In this document: piece by piece, positions 28,077 to 37,988 of the stretch
Layout of the letters: each line of letters begins with the position of its first letter
How positions within the stretch are numbered: position 1 is the first letter of the stretch
DNA from: a virus
Lineage: Duplodnaviria > Heunggongvirae > Uroviricota > Caudoviricetes
Strand: one strand, 5' to 3'
Virus record (IMG/VR): IMGVR_UViG_3300017963_000223
DNA length: 64,000 bases
Program-made: the position numbers and the translations under genes
The notes under the pieces: generated by a model
Database searches by the model: none
Told to the model about the DNA's origin: nothing
The model's input: only the letters and a program-made list of their open reading frames with translations

Positions 28077-31000
28077 GAACAGTAACAGCTAACGCCTCGG
28101 CCTCACTGTCACAGAATACAGGCGCGGAGATGATTGTGCTGCTGGAAGTCGAATGGTCTTCCGGTGGCACTTATCTTTACTCTGACCAGACATTCAATGG
28201 CGCTGATCCAAAGATCATCGCTATCGACGGTTTCGACTCCTCTATGATTCTGGAAGGCTCCAGTGACACTCAAGAGTTAGGCGTCGTGCTCGACGACAGC
28301 GATGGCAGCATCCGAGCAATCTATGACAGCTTGGATGTTCACAAGCGTCCTGCGCGTGTCTATTTGGTTCATAAAGGCTTGACGACACTGGATAAGATCT
28401 TGGTTTTCAAAGGCCAGCTTGTCACCCCCATCGAGTGGGACGAAGCCCAAAGAGCTATCTCGTTCAACATCCTCTCCGAACTGGATGCCCGCCAAGTAGG
28501 CTTCAGTATGGAAGAGGGCGACTTCCCGAACATCCCAGAAGAGGCGCTGGGAAAGGCGTGGCCGCTCGTATTTGGTCAGGTTTGTCACCTGCCCGCCGTC
28601 AAAGTGCGAGCGCCACGCCGAGGTTATTTGCAGGCAGGGACCGGTATCCATGACTTCACTCTTCAGCCGCGAATCTGCCAAGCCATGCAGATTCAGTGCG
28701 CTGTTCAGTCGACCGGCACCCACAACGGCACCGACACTGTTGGCCCTGACCTGGAGTGCGTGAACCGTCGGTTCGGCGAGATCTGTAAACTGAGAGATCT
28801 CTATAACCAGCAGGTTGCCTACGAGCATGCCACGTTGAACATTTACAACGGAGTGTCCTTTCCTCAAGGCGAGCGATTGTCAATTCACATCGACTCATCC
28901 ACCTACAACGGCACGTTCAACGGTAATACGTTCACTGTGTTCTCTCGTCAACACCCTGAGTGGGCGACCTTCAACCATCAGCAGTGTGTGTCAGTCAATG
29001 ATGTTCACTACTCCCAGGTTCCAGGAAGGGCTCAGTACGGAGGCACAAACAACATTCGCCAAGGTGCGGGCGGCAACTACGATCCAGACAGCACCTACCA
29101 CCTAACAACTGAAGGTGCGGAATTCTTCTCAGGTAACCGGGCGTGGGTCCCTGATGAAAACGTGTCAGCATTCGTTCCGAATCAGTCGCAAGAGCAGGCG
29201 TTCGCATCTTGTGACGCCGCACTTGTCAGCACCCCAGGAATGGCAGGAGGCCCGAAAGAATCCTGGGAGATCTATGATACCATGGAAGAATCCACCTTCT
29301 GGTGGGCACCTGCTGGTTCCGAAGTTTACTATGAAGGCGAGCAGGAGATCCTCTACATCGTGTCTTTGCTGCCCGGCACAGTTGACAAAGTGTCGGCGTT
29401 TCGTCAAGCCCCGAACGGGTTCCGCTATCTGACAGAAGTTCAGGCGGATCGCTACACTGTCTATGAGACCGACTACGACGGCTACCAAGTCGTAGAGATC
29501 GGTATGGACAAAGCGCTGTCTCACTACTATGACTCAACGACTCAAGAGAGCGAAGGTTGGGAAGACCAAATCTATGTCTCGTTCACTTCATCAGTCGGCC
29601 CGAGTCCGTGCGACATCATCGAGTGGCTGGTCAACAAGTACACTGACTTAACGGTCGACGCCACATCGTTCGCCAGTGTCAAGACGCTGTTGACCAACTA
29701 TCCAAATAACTTCTACCTGTTGGACCGGCCAGACGTCTTCGATTTGATCAACGATATTGCGTATCAGTCGCGGTGCGCGGTCTACATACGAAACGACGTG
29801 GTTTACATCCGCTACTTGTCGTATGAACCAACCAGCGTCCGGACACTATCTGAGAGCGACATTCTGTTTGGCACATTCAAGGAAAGCTTCAGTGCGACGG
29901 AGGATGTGGCCACTACACACAATATCGATTGGAAGACCGGCGGGGCCGCTGTTCGAGACGACCAAACTCCTGAGCGGAAGTTGATCCTGAAGTACAATGT
30001 TGACAAGTATGGAACGGTCGAATCAGATTGGGACTACTACACCTACAATATCTATGAGAACGTCTTGAAGTCGGGCACCTTCTGGCTGATACGCAAGTCG
30101 AACTCATGGAAGAGACTTCAGTTTCAGTTGCCTCTCAAGCACATCGACTTGGACGTAGGTGACGCGGTCACAATAAACGTGGCGCAATTCAACAGCAGCC
30201 CAATCAAATGCGTCATCGAATCGATGAACGTCAACCCAGATGATTACACGATCGACGTGTCTGTCTGGACCCCGATCCGGGTAGGTGAGGACACTCCGTA
30301 CTTCTGGGCATGGCCGTCGCAACAAGTGGCGCACCAGATTTGGCCCCTCAGCGGCGATACGCACGGAGGTGGCGGGTACGACTTCGATGTCACCCCGCCT
30401 GTCAATCACATCCTGCTTGGGGGCTCCGGCAGCGAAGACCAGATCGTCATCTCGTCAGGTGACAAGAACCCAAGTGACTTGGATGATTCTCTTCTCACGC
30501 CTCGGTGCCCGGTGAGCAACTACCTGAATTTCAATGAGAAGCCGCCCGAGATCGTCGCCAAGGAGATCGCTCAGTCAGCCGCAAGGCAAGCCACAGAGAG
30601 CACCATGACTGAGGGCAACCCAAGAGCCGGAAACAAAGCCAAGACCGAAGGTGCCGAGTGCGGCAAGTCGTTTGCAGGTTGCGGCTACAAGGTCATCATC
30701 ACTTGGCATAGGTCGACCAAGCAGGGTCAAGCCTACGCTTTGGGTGGCCCGCCTGTCAACAGCGATGGTCCGTGTGGTGGCCCGTGCTCTTGTCGAGGCG
30801 GCTGCCCGTCATGCACCGGCCCGATCTATCAATCCTGCCATACCTTTGGTACGGTGTGGTCGGCCAAGTGGTTCGCTCAGTACATGTGGGCGACGTATGG
30901 CAACAGGATTGGCTGGTACTGGCAGTGTCAGCAGACAGCGGTCATCGCCACCAAAGTGCAGAATGGAAGCCACGCGGCCGAGTACACCAACAATGGAGCC

Positions 31001-31162
31001 GACTGCATGGACGCCGGGAGCAGCAGCGCGACTTCCGAGTCCCCGGACGGCAGCGTGGCGGCCGAAACGATTCTCCCGACGGGCTTGACTGGCAACGAGC
31101 CGGTTTACTGCACCTACTATCCGAACGATCCTGGGTGTACTGAAGAGGAGGAGGAAGCCTAA
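28073..31162 (+). CDS. tail tip / central tail fibre (host-specificity J-like) protein with Cys-rich C-terminus
   Basis: 1029 aa distal to tape measure; C-terminal CGGPCSCRGGCPSCTGP cluster. Confidence 0.6.
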   Translation: MRTVTANASASLSQNTGAEMIVLLEVEWSSGGTYLYSDQTFNGADPKIIAIDGFDSSMILEGSSDTQELGVVLDDSDGSIRAIYDSLDVHKRPARVYLVHKGLTTLDKILVFKGQLVTPIEWDEAQRAISFNILSELDARQVGFSMEEGDFPNIPEEALGKAWPLVFGQVCHLPAVKVRAPRRGYLQAGTGIHDFTLQPRICQAMQIQCAVQSTGTHNGTDTVGPDLECVNRRFGEICKLRDLYNQQVAYEHATLNIYNGVSFPQGERLSIHIDSSTYNGTFNGNTFTVFSRQHPEWATFNHQQCVSVNDVHYSQVPGRAQYGGTNNIRQGAGGNYDPDSTYHLTTEGAEFFSGNRAWVPDENVSAFVPNQSQEQAFASCDAALVSTPGMAGGPKESWEIYDTMEESTFWWAPAGSEVYYEGEQEILYIVSLLPGTVDKVSAFRQAPNGFRYLTEVQADRYTVYETDYDGYQVVEIGMDKALSHYYDSTTQESEGWEDQIYVSFTSSVGPSPCDIIEWLVNKYTDLTVDATSFASVKTLLTNYPNNFYLLDRPDVFDLINDIAYQSRCAVYIRNDVVYIRYLSYEPTSVRTLSESDILFGTFKESFSATEDVATTHNIDWKTGGAAVRDDQTPERKLILKYNVDKYGTVESDWDYYTYNIYENVLKSGTFWLIRKSNSWKRLQFQLPLKHIDLDVGDAVTINVAQFNSSPIKCVIESMNVNPDDYTIDVSVWTPIRVGEDTPYFWAWPSQQVAHQIWPLSGDTHGGGGYDFDVTPPVNHILLGGSGSEDQIVISSGDKNPSDLDDSLLTPRCPVSNYLNFNEKPPEIVAKEIAQSAARQATESTMTEGNPRAGNKAKTEGAECGKSFAGCGYKVIITWHRSTKQGQAYALGGPPVNSDGPCGGPCSCRGGCPSCTGPIYQSCHTFGTVWSAKWFAQYMWATYGNRIGWYWQCQQTAVIATKVQNGSHAAEYTNNGADCMDAGSSSATSESPDGSVAAETILPTGLTGNEPVYCTYYPNDPGCTEEEEEA

Positions 31163-31755
31163 TGGAGCCATGCAAGAAGCGACAGAAGATCGTCAAGAAA
31201 CCGAGCAACGAAGTTCGTTTCCGCTGCATGAATGATAAGTGCAGTTTCATGGGCAACGTCGTGGATGAAGGCATCTGTTCTAGGTGTCCTGTCCGTGCGA
31301 AGGAGCATAAGAAGCCCTGCGCAATTCGACGTAAGCAAGTCCGTAAGCAGCCCGCCCCCGCTCCTGGAGTCTTCCCAACAGAGGAGATGCTGAATATCAG
31401 CGACGAAGAAGTTCGGGAGATGATTCAAGACGCTGGGCTTGACATGGAGGAGTTGGAGCAGGAGGTGCTCCAACGAGAGCCCACGCCGGAGGGCGAGGTC
31501 CCCAGCTACCCGCCACTCTCCATGCAGGCGTGGTTCTACAAGGAGGCACTCATACGCTGGAACAAGGCAGGGAGGCCAAAGCGGTCGGACGACGAAGTGA
31601 GGGAGCTTCTCGACGGCCACTGCAAAGTGTGCTCGTGGTTTGACGCTGAGAAGAACCGCTGCAAAGGTTGTGGCTGTGCTATCTCTGAAAGTTCGATTGC
31701 CATCTTCAACAAGCTCCGGATGGGGACCGAGCACTGCCCACAGGAGAAATGGTGA
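31162..31755 (+). CDS. Cys-rich (two zinc-ribbon-like clusters) protein
   Basis: CxxxC...CSRC and CKVC...CKGCGC motifs. Confidence 0.45.
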   Translation: MEPCKKRQKIVKKPSNEVRFRCMNDKCSFMGNVVDEGICSRCPVRAKEHKKPCAIRRKQVRKQPAPAPGVFPTEEMLNISDEEVREMIQDAGLDMEELEQEVLQREPTPEGEVPSYPPLSMQAWFYKEALIRWNKAGRPKRSDDEVRELLDGHCKVCSWFDAEKNRCKGCGCAISESSIAIFNKLRMGTEHCPQEKW

Positions 31756-32315
31756 TGGAAGCTGCTTTCGCTTGGCTTGGTCAGATATTCGAGGCGTTGC
31801 TTGAGTTCGTGCCGCGTCGGATCATCGTGCGTGCGACCGAGGGAGGAGTCAAGTGGAGCCTGTGGCGGGAGCCCAAGGAGGTGAAGCCCGGTATCCGAAT
31901 TTACTGGCCCTTCATCTCAGATGTTGAAGTGATTGTGACGGCGAGGCAATCATTCAACACCCCTCACGAGCCGTTGCAAACGAACGACGGTATTGAGGTC
32001 GTGGCGGGTGGCGTCGTTGTCTACAACATCAACGACGTTGTGCGGGCGATCGGCAAACAGAACTGGTCGCCAGAGAACACCGCCCAAGACATTGTCCAGG
32101 CGGTGCTTGCTGACGTTGTGATCTCTCATTCGCACGATGACCTTCTGGCCGGTTTGAGTGGCGAGATCGAGAAAGAGATCACTGAGAAGTGTCGAAAGCA
32201 GTTGAGGAAATACGGCGTGTACGTCGAGCGAGCAGGGCTATGCGCCTTTTCTTCGACCCGCAACTGGCATCACTCAGGCATCAACATTCAGGTGAATCAT
32301 GGCGAAGAAGTGTAG
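31749..32315 (+). CDS. SPFH/band-7 (stomatin/prohibitin-like) domain protein
   Basis: Segment IEVVAGGVVVYNINDVVRAIGKQNW...AQDIVQAVLADVVISHSHDDLLAG...KYGVYVERAGL matches SPFH-domain pattern. Confidence 0.5.
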   Translation: MVMEAAFAWLGQIFEALLEFVPRRIIVRATEGGVKWSLWREPKEVKPGIRIYWPFISDVEVIVTARQSFNTPHEPLQTNDGIEVVAGGVVVYNINDVVRAIGKQNWSPENTAQDIVQAVLADVVISHSHDDLLAGLSGEIEKEITEKCRKQLRKYGVYVERAGLCAFSSTRNWHHSGINIQVNHGEEV

Positions 32316-32431
32316 AAAGTGCCGCGAAGGCAAGCCGAATATGGACTTCAGCCCAAAAAGACCGCCTCGCGGCTCCCTCCGAAAACGGGAGCGCCAGGCG
32401 ATGAGGGCCGCGAAGATGGCTAAGATGGCGG

Positions 32432-33049
32432 CTATCCGTGAAGGAACCGCATGATCGAGGCGTACAGCTTTGCTGTCGCAATGCAGTCGGCTAAAGCGTC
32501 GTGTGCATTGTCGAGTGTGATGTCGAACTTCTTACACAAGTCTCCAAGGTTGACGAAGCCGAAGGGCGGTTTCCGGCCATGCCACGAATACAGGTCGTCG
32601 ATGCTGGACGCTAGCGTCATCGTGTCTCTGGCTGTCGACTGCCACAACTCGTTGAACCCCTCCATACCGAGCCAGGGAATGAGCATCGAACGCTCAAACG
32701 CCCAGTTGTGTGCCAGAGGAATCAGTCGCTTTTTGTGCGGCAGATTGAGCTTCCGGAACCAGTCGTGGAACAGTTCGATCGCTTGCTCCTGAGAGGGGCA
32801 GCCTTCAAGGCTTTCCAGTGTGATGCCGTGCTTTCGAGTGGCCCCAGCATTGATCCTCTCTGGGTGATCCGGATAGATGTTCATGTAGAAGAACCTCTTC
32901 TCCGGGTCCGGTTCGAGATGCTGGTTGAGCGGCAGCACCGCGATCTGAATGATCTCATGCCACCCAGGCAGCGTGCCGGTCGTCTCCACATCCACTGCAC
33001 ACATACAGTGGCCCCATTGACTTTGTAGTCCTGGCATCACGGCCTCCAC
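32432..33049 (-). CDS. DnaQ-like DEDDh 3'-5' exonuclease
   Basis: Exo motifs AVDVETTG (I), HNWAFE (II), HDALAD (III). Confidence 0.65.
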   Translation of the reverse strand: MEAVMPGLQSQWGHCMCAVDVETTGTLPGWHEIIQIAVLPLNQHLEPDPEKRFFYMNIYPDHPERINAGATRKHGITLESLEGCPSQEQAIELFHDWFRKLNLPHKKRLIPLAHNWAFERSMLIPWLGMEGFNELWQSTARDTMTLASSIDDLYSWHGRKPPFGFVNLGDLCKKFDITLDNAHDALADCIATAKLYASIMRFLHG

Positions 33050-33777
33050 ATCGGGGCAAAGTATTGGGCAACAAGGGCGTCGAACGCCTCGCTGCGAGGG
33101 GCGTCCAATATGACGAATTTGATCTCCTTAGTTTCATCCTGACAGGGCGGGGCCTCGGGACCGATCGGGACGTCGAAGATTTCGCCACAGGCAACGCACT
33201 CTCGTCCATGGTCCGTCAGCCATGTGAAATCAAAGCCACACTTTGGGCATTCACCGTCTATGACTGCCTCATCCCACTCGAATTCAAGCTCACAAGTGTG
33301 TGTAAATTTGACGTCATCAAACGGGGAGATGTACCATGTTGAGTCTGGCGGATCACCATCGCACTCGGCAGCCCATCCTTCAACGGCCTTTTCGTCCTGC
33401 TTCTCCTCCTTGGCCTCCCGCTTCTTCTTCTCCTCGGCCCAGTGTTTGGCACATCCGGCCCAAATCTCATCGTCGCGAGCGGGCAGTTCGGGGTAGTTGA
33501 GTTCGAGCAGGGCACACATGTTCCACACCGCATGGGCGATGTGCAGACAGCCGGTGTCCGGGTCGTAGACTTCGCCGTTGAAGATGTAGTTCAGGTGGCG
33601 GAACATACTGTTCCAATACTCATCGTCCGGCTTGTTGCCTAGTCGCCAGTTGCCGTCATTGTACTTGATGGCTCCCATCTCTTTCACTCGGGCGATCGCT
33701 TCCGCCATTCTAGGGAAGCTCCGCATGAAGTAAGACATCATGGGCTTGTCGTCATTGAAACGTAAGGCTTCACTCAT
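33037..33777 (-). CDS. phage dNTP pyrophosphohydrolase-like (DUF5664-like) N-terminal domain protein with C-terminal zinc ribbon
   Basis: KYNDGNWRLG...HIAHAVWNMCALLE motif recalled from phage dATP/dGTP pyrophosphohydrolase family; CPKCG...CVACG. Confidence 0.4.
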   Translation of the reverse strand: MSEALRFNDDKPMMSYFMRSFPRMAEAIARVKEMGAIKYNDGNWRLGNKPDDEYWNSMFRHLNYIFNGEVYDPDTGCLHIAHAVWNMCALLELNYPELPARDDEIWAGCAKHWAEEKKKREAKEEKQDEKAVEGWAAECDGDPPDSTWYISPFDDVKFTHTCELEFEWDEAVIDGECPKCGFDFTWLTDHGRECVACGEIFDVPIGPEAPPCQDETKEIKFVILDAPRSEAFDALVAQYFAPMWRP

Positions 33778-36533
33778 GTCAAATCATCCTCTCTTACTAG
33801 GAATCGGCCGTCCCTCACGAACGGCACACTCGGTTTGGTGTTTGGGTCCAACGATAGGTTTCCTATGATCGCTTGGTTGTGATGGCGAGAAGTCCCTAGC
33901 ATAAGCTTCTCAGACACAATCGCGCGTATCGTATGTTGCTTCCATTCACTCTGTTGAAATACTTCCAGCGAAGCTTGAAACGCTTTCACAAACTCAGTGA
34001 AGCGAATTGCCGCACCAGGGATCTTGTAGCAGTGGTCGGCGATGAACTGCTCAAGCTCATCGACGTTGTCGGCGGCAGCATCGTGCTTGCCTTGAGTTTC
34101 TATCACCGGCAGCATCATACGGCCCGTGGCTTCCGGTCTCTCGTAATTGAGGAGTGTATACATGAAGTGGGGTGCCTCTTGCCGTAGGAGTTCAAACAGT
34201 CGATCCTTTGGGATTTCTTCTTCAAGCGCGGGCACGTTCATCGCCGTGATTCGTGTATCGTCCGGCAGCACAGGGAGGGCTCGCCTAGTGTTTGCCAATT
34301 GAACGAAGTGCAAAGTGTTCGTAATGGTTCTTGGCTGTCCATACTTGGCGTGCAAACAGAAAGTCAGACCGGTAGTCCAGTCCTTGATTCGATTGTATGC
34401 TGTCGCACCAGCCTTGGCGATGTTGACTTCATCAATCACCGCCAACACTACACCCTCCAATTCCCCGTTGTAGCCTTGGTCCGAGGTCAGAGCCTTGTCC
34501 GCCCGCTCCATACCGCCCGGAGTCATCAACAGATCAATAGCCTCATAGAAGCTTGACTTCCCACTGTTCTGCGGGCCATACATGAAGAGGTAGGGTAGCT
34601 TGCCGTGTGGGTTTTGTATCATGCTGGCAACCCACGCGGTCAAATAATCACCGCCGGTAGTGATGTTCCAGTCTTTGCACCAAGGCAGGTCAGGGATGTA
34701 GTCGCTCAATTCAACGCCGCAGTGCCCCATCACACGATCCCACGTTGGGTGTATCGGGGATTCGTCTTCCCCCAATTCTACAGGAGCGTAGACAAGCTGG
34801 GTTGCCTTCCTGTTCCATTGGCGCCCTCCTGGGTACTCGGGCTGAAATGGCTCGTTGATGAGCGACCACGCTTTGTAAACCGCGCCGCCTAGTATCGGAG
34901 CGGGCTTGTTGAATCCCTCTTTCGCGAGGAACGAACTAATGTTGTCGCGCGGGTGGTTTATCCACCTATTGTCATGGTCCTTCATTACCCACGAGTCAAA
35001 CTGAGCCATGCCTTCGGACTCCGTCTTCAAGGCTCGAATCTTCTCGTCAAGTTCAGACCAGATCGCCTCCTCTTTCACTTCATTGTCAGATGTTTCGATC
35101 GCGCCATCTAGCCAGCGTTCCCAGCCCTTTGCGGTCTTGACAAACCGAGGGAACTCAGGGCGTCTATCTCCCCGTTTCTTCTCGATCACCATAACTACCT
35201 TACCACGATCGTTGACGTATAGCGACAACCCGCGATCGACAGCCTTCTCCGGCACAGGTACGTTGGACTTGAGAATCTTCAGCGCCTCTTTCAGGTCTTC
35301 AACTGTTTCAAAGAGGAAGCCCTGTTTCTCTTCTGGGCCTTCATATCCATTGCACGCCAGACAGATCTGACGCAGGGTGGAGGGGAAGTTGAGGGTGGTG
35401 TGCGTCCACTTGCCCTGCTGATCCCACATCGGGTGCTCGTCCGTCCCCTCGCCAAACCGGTACACGTCCCACGCCCCATCGGGCTTTGGTCGCATGAAAC
35501 AGTTGGGCTTGCCAGGATCGCTGTCCAGCGAATTGGTATCGAACAGTCCTTTCATCGGGTGGCCCCGCTCGGCCCAGTCGTCGAACACGGCCTTGATACC
35601 TGCGGTGTGTCCCTGCCACAAGTGGTGGTCGGACACCCACAAGCTGGTGTGACCGGTGGACTCAAGGTCTTCCAGAACTTTCAGGTGCTGCTCATCGAGC
35701 GGCACCTTGGCGACGGCCTGGGTCATCTCATCAAGAACGTCTTCGTCGCCTGATGGTGTTCCGTCGGCGGTCCATCCTTGGACTCGCACTCGGGCTCTGC
35801 TGCCGGAGACAACTTCGAGATTGTCTCGCCAGTTGGGCGGGACATGCGCGGCAGTCAGAATTTGTGTCGCTGGTTTGACTTGGGCATAGCCTTGGTTCTC
35901 GGCTGTGGCGTTCTCATGGTGAATCCACATCACGCCTCCGCACACATCAACACTCGCTTCAACGTCGAGTCCGGTGTGCTTGGCGATGAGCGGGATGAAC
36001 GCCCGCGCGATCGCGGCATGCTCAGTATGGTTCACGGTAACTGGAGCGTCGTTCTCATCGAACCAGATATAGATGTGACGACCCGCACCGCGAGTCGAGC
36101 GGATGACTTCGAGCCAGGGCACGTCGATCTTGTCCAGCTTGGCGAGTTCCTCATCGGAGACGCCGACGCCTTTCGCGTGCCCTATAATACTGTCGAAGTC
36201 GTAACCCAGGCCGATAGTCTTCTGGTTCTTCCAGTCCCACCATGTTGTGCCAATGCACTTCATGCGGGTCTCGACTATATAGGGGATGGGCGGGTCCGAA
36301 TAGTTGGCATTTCCTGCTGAGTCATAAGGCCAGCGGTGGGAGCCGAAGACCTCCCCATCCTGCTCAAACTTGCCATTGTCAAGCTTTACGCCAGCACTTC
36401 GACACATGATCTGTGTCTCAAACCGACCTGGGTCGGCGCCCCACCGCCCTATAAGCTCTGGATGGTTATGCTGCTTTGACAGCACGTTGTTGTAGAAGGC
36501 CTTGTAGGCCTCGGTTGTGCGTGTATTACGCAT
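33774..36533 (-). CDS. DNA primase / SF3 helicase (D5/P4-type primase-helicase)
   Basis: Walker A YGPQNSGKSSF, Walker B VLAVIDEV; start ATG at 36533 (MRNTRTTEAYK) with GGAG RBS; the table ORF to 36800 is an upstream in-frame extension. Confidence 0.75.
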   Translation of the reverse strand: MRNTRTTEAYKAFYNNVLSKQHNHPELIGRWGADPGRFETQIMCRSAGVKLDNGKFEQDGEVFGSHRWPYDSAGNANYSDPPIPYIVETRMKCIGTTWWDWKNQKTIGLGYDFDSIIGHAKGVGVSDEELAKLDKIDVPWLEVIRSTRGAGRHIYIWFDENDAPVTVNHTEHAAIARAFIPLIAKHTGLDVEASVDVCGGVMWIHHENATAENQGYAQVKPATQILTAAHVPPNWRDNLEVVSGSRARVRVQGWTADGTPSGDEDVLDEMTQAVAKVPLDEQHLKVLEDLESTGHTSLWVSDHHLWQGHTAGIKAVFDDWAERGHPMKGLFDTNSLDSDPGKPNCFMRPKPDGAWDVYRFGEGTDEHPMWDQQGKWTHTTLNFPSTLRQICLACNGYEGPEEKQGFLFETVEDLKEALKILKSNVPVPEKAVDRGLSLYVNDRGKVVMVIEKKRGDRRPEFPRFVKTAKGWERWLDGAIETSDNEVKEEAIWSELDEKIRALKTESEGMAQFDSWVMKDHDNRWINHPRDNISSFLAKEGFNKPAPILGGAVYKAWSLINEPFQPEYPGGRQWNRKATQLVYAPVELGEDESPIHPTWDRVMGHCGVELSDYIPDLPWCKDWNITTGGDYLTAWVASMIQNPHGKLPYLFMYGPQNSGKSSFYEAIDLLMTPGGMERADKALTSDQGYNGELEGVVLAVIDEVNIAKAGATAYNRIKDWTTGLTFCLHAKYGQPRTITNTLHFVQLANTRRALPVLPDDTRITAMNVPALEEEIPKDRLFELLRQEAPHFMYTLLNYERPEATGRMMLPVIETQGKHDAAADNVDELEQFIADHCYKIPGAAIRFTEFVKAFQASLEVFQQSEWKQHTIRAIVSEKLMLGTSRHHNQAIIGNLSLDPNTKPSVPFVRDGRFLVREDDLT

Positions 36534-36559
36534 GTCGTCTCCATTACGATTCTCGAAGT

Positions 36560-37045
36560 GTCTACCTATACTGTATGCAGATTCAATAATTCGACAACCC
36601 TGAAAATCTGTCTTGTGATGATTTTCTGCTGTCTCACCACCCACCGGAGGGAGCGGAATGGCGCCGGAGTTCTTGCGTGGCCGCCCTTCCAGTAGGTGGG
36701 CGGGTGGGAACCTACTTTGTGGTTTGGCTCTCCCTCGCTTTGCCTGTAACACCCCATTAGAGGGAGCGGAACGGCGCGCGCCATTCCGCTCCCTCCGCAT
36801 GGGGGTGTGTAACGCAAGTCCTTGGCGCCGAAAGACTTATGAAGACCTTTTCAAGAGCGCCGGAACCGGAGTCACAAAAGAAGTCATCCGCGAATTTGTG
36901 CAAGTTGCACAAATCACACTAGAAGAGTCTTTTGGAACTCCGCATTCCGGCGCCCGCATTAGCAGTTGGAAAATCACCTGAAAATTCGACTTTTTGTCGA
37001 TTTGATGGTTGTCGGAAGGCCAGATCTGCATACAGTATAGGTAGA
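36560..37045. promoter_or_regulatory. bidirectional control region / candidate replication origin bounded by 21-bp inverted repeat ctacctatactgtatgcagat and containing GAGGGAGCGGAA iterons and hairpins
   Basis: IR copies at 36562-36582 and 37025-37045 (reverse complement); both sit 5' of divergent genes as TTGTCG-N17-ACAGTATAG; centre has 3 copies of GAGGGAGCGGAA(T/C)GGCGC (36648, 36752, inverted 36779-36795) and AGTAGGT/ACCTACT hairpin. Confidence 0.5.
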
Positions 37046-37048
37046 GCA

Positions 37049-37984
37049 ATGAACGATACCCAAAAGGAAATCCCGATCAAGCAGATCATGCGACCGAAGC
37101 ACCCAATCCGGGCTCTTCGTCGCAACGCGCCGGAATACATCGAGATGCTGGAGTCGATTCGGAAAGACGGCGTCCTTCAGCCGATCCTCGTGCGACCGTG
37201 CGACCCCAGCACGGGCTTTCAGTACGAGGTGGTCGAAGGCTGGCATCGTTATGAGACCTCAAAGGAGTGTGGCTTGGAAACGATCCCGGCCCTTGTGAAA
37301 GACTTGACAGATGACGAAGTGCTTGTCATACAATTGAAATGCAACGCCATTCGTCCGGTGACCCATACGTTTGAGTATGCTCGTCGGCTGAAGCTTCTTA
37401 TGGATAAGGGCTTGACGATTGTTCAACTCTCACAACTAGTTGACAAGAGCGTTCAATGGGTCAGGGATCAACTTCAACTCAACCGATTATGTGAGGAAGC
37501 CAGAGCGCCCATCGAGCAGGGCGAGATAAGAATGCAGTCGGCTCTTGCTTTAGCAAACTTGCCGCAAGATTTGCAGCCTAAGTTTGTTGATGACGCGATA
37601 GCCTTGAAGGCAAAGGACTTTGTCGATCGCGCCGAGTACGCTTTGCGTGATTTCAAGTCTTGCCTTCAACGAGAGCACGAAGCAGATAAGTTAGCTGGGG
37701 TCGTGAAACCCCGCCTGCAAGCCGTCAACATACTGAAACGTGAGACGGTTAAGCCTAAGAACGCCAAACGTGTCCTGAAGGCCGCAGGGGCGAAGACAGC
37801 ACTAGACGGCTGGCGTGCGTGTCTCGCTTGGGTGTTTTCTATTGATCCCATCTCAGTCAAGAACAGAGTAGCCGGAAATAAGGAGGGCCGCGAGGGCGTA
37901 ATAGCAAATCAACAAGAGTACAGAGAACTGAATCGATCGCTGATTGAACAATTTGTGAAACCTCATTTGAAAACTGGAGACTAA
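37049..37984 (+). CDS. ParB-like nuclease domain protein
   Basis: ParB N-terminal domain pattern IPIKQI..P...R.......IEMLESIRKDGVLQPILVRP....FQYEVVEGWHRYE; ATG immediately after control-region motif with no RBS (likely leaderless). Confidence 0.6.
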   Translation: MNDTQKEIPIKQIMRPKHPIRALRRNAPEYIEMLESIRKDGVLQPILVRPCDPSTGFQYEVVEGWHRYETSKECGLETIPALVKDLTDDEVLVIQLKCNAIRPVTHTFEYARRLKLLMDKGLTIVQLSQLVDKSVQWVRDQLQLNRLCEEARAPIEQGEIRMQSALALANLPQDLQPKFVDDAIALKAKDFVDRAEYALRDFKSCLQREHEADKLAGVVKPRLQAVNILKRETVKPKNAKRVLKAAGAKTALDGWRACLAWVFSIDPISVKNRVAGNKEGREGVIANQQEYRELNRSLIEQFVKPHLKTGD

Positions 37985-37988
37985 GACT

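Noticed and set aside
36534-36800. N-terminal 89-aa extension of the primase-helicase ORF
   Set aside because: The extension runs through the palindromic control region. ATG at 36533 has a GGAG RBS and gives a normal protein N-terminus.
36658-36981. 107-aa + strand ORF in the centre of the divergent control region
   Set aside because: It lies between two outward-facing promoters. Its sequence is dominated by palindromes and iterons, and the peptide is low-complexity. It is more likely an origin or non-coding element.
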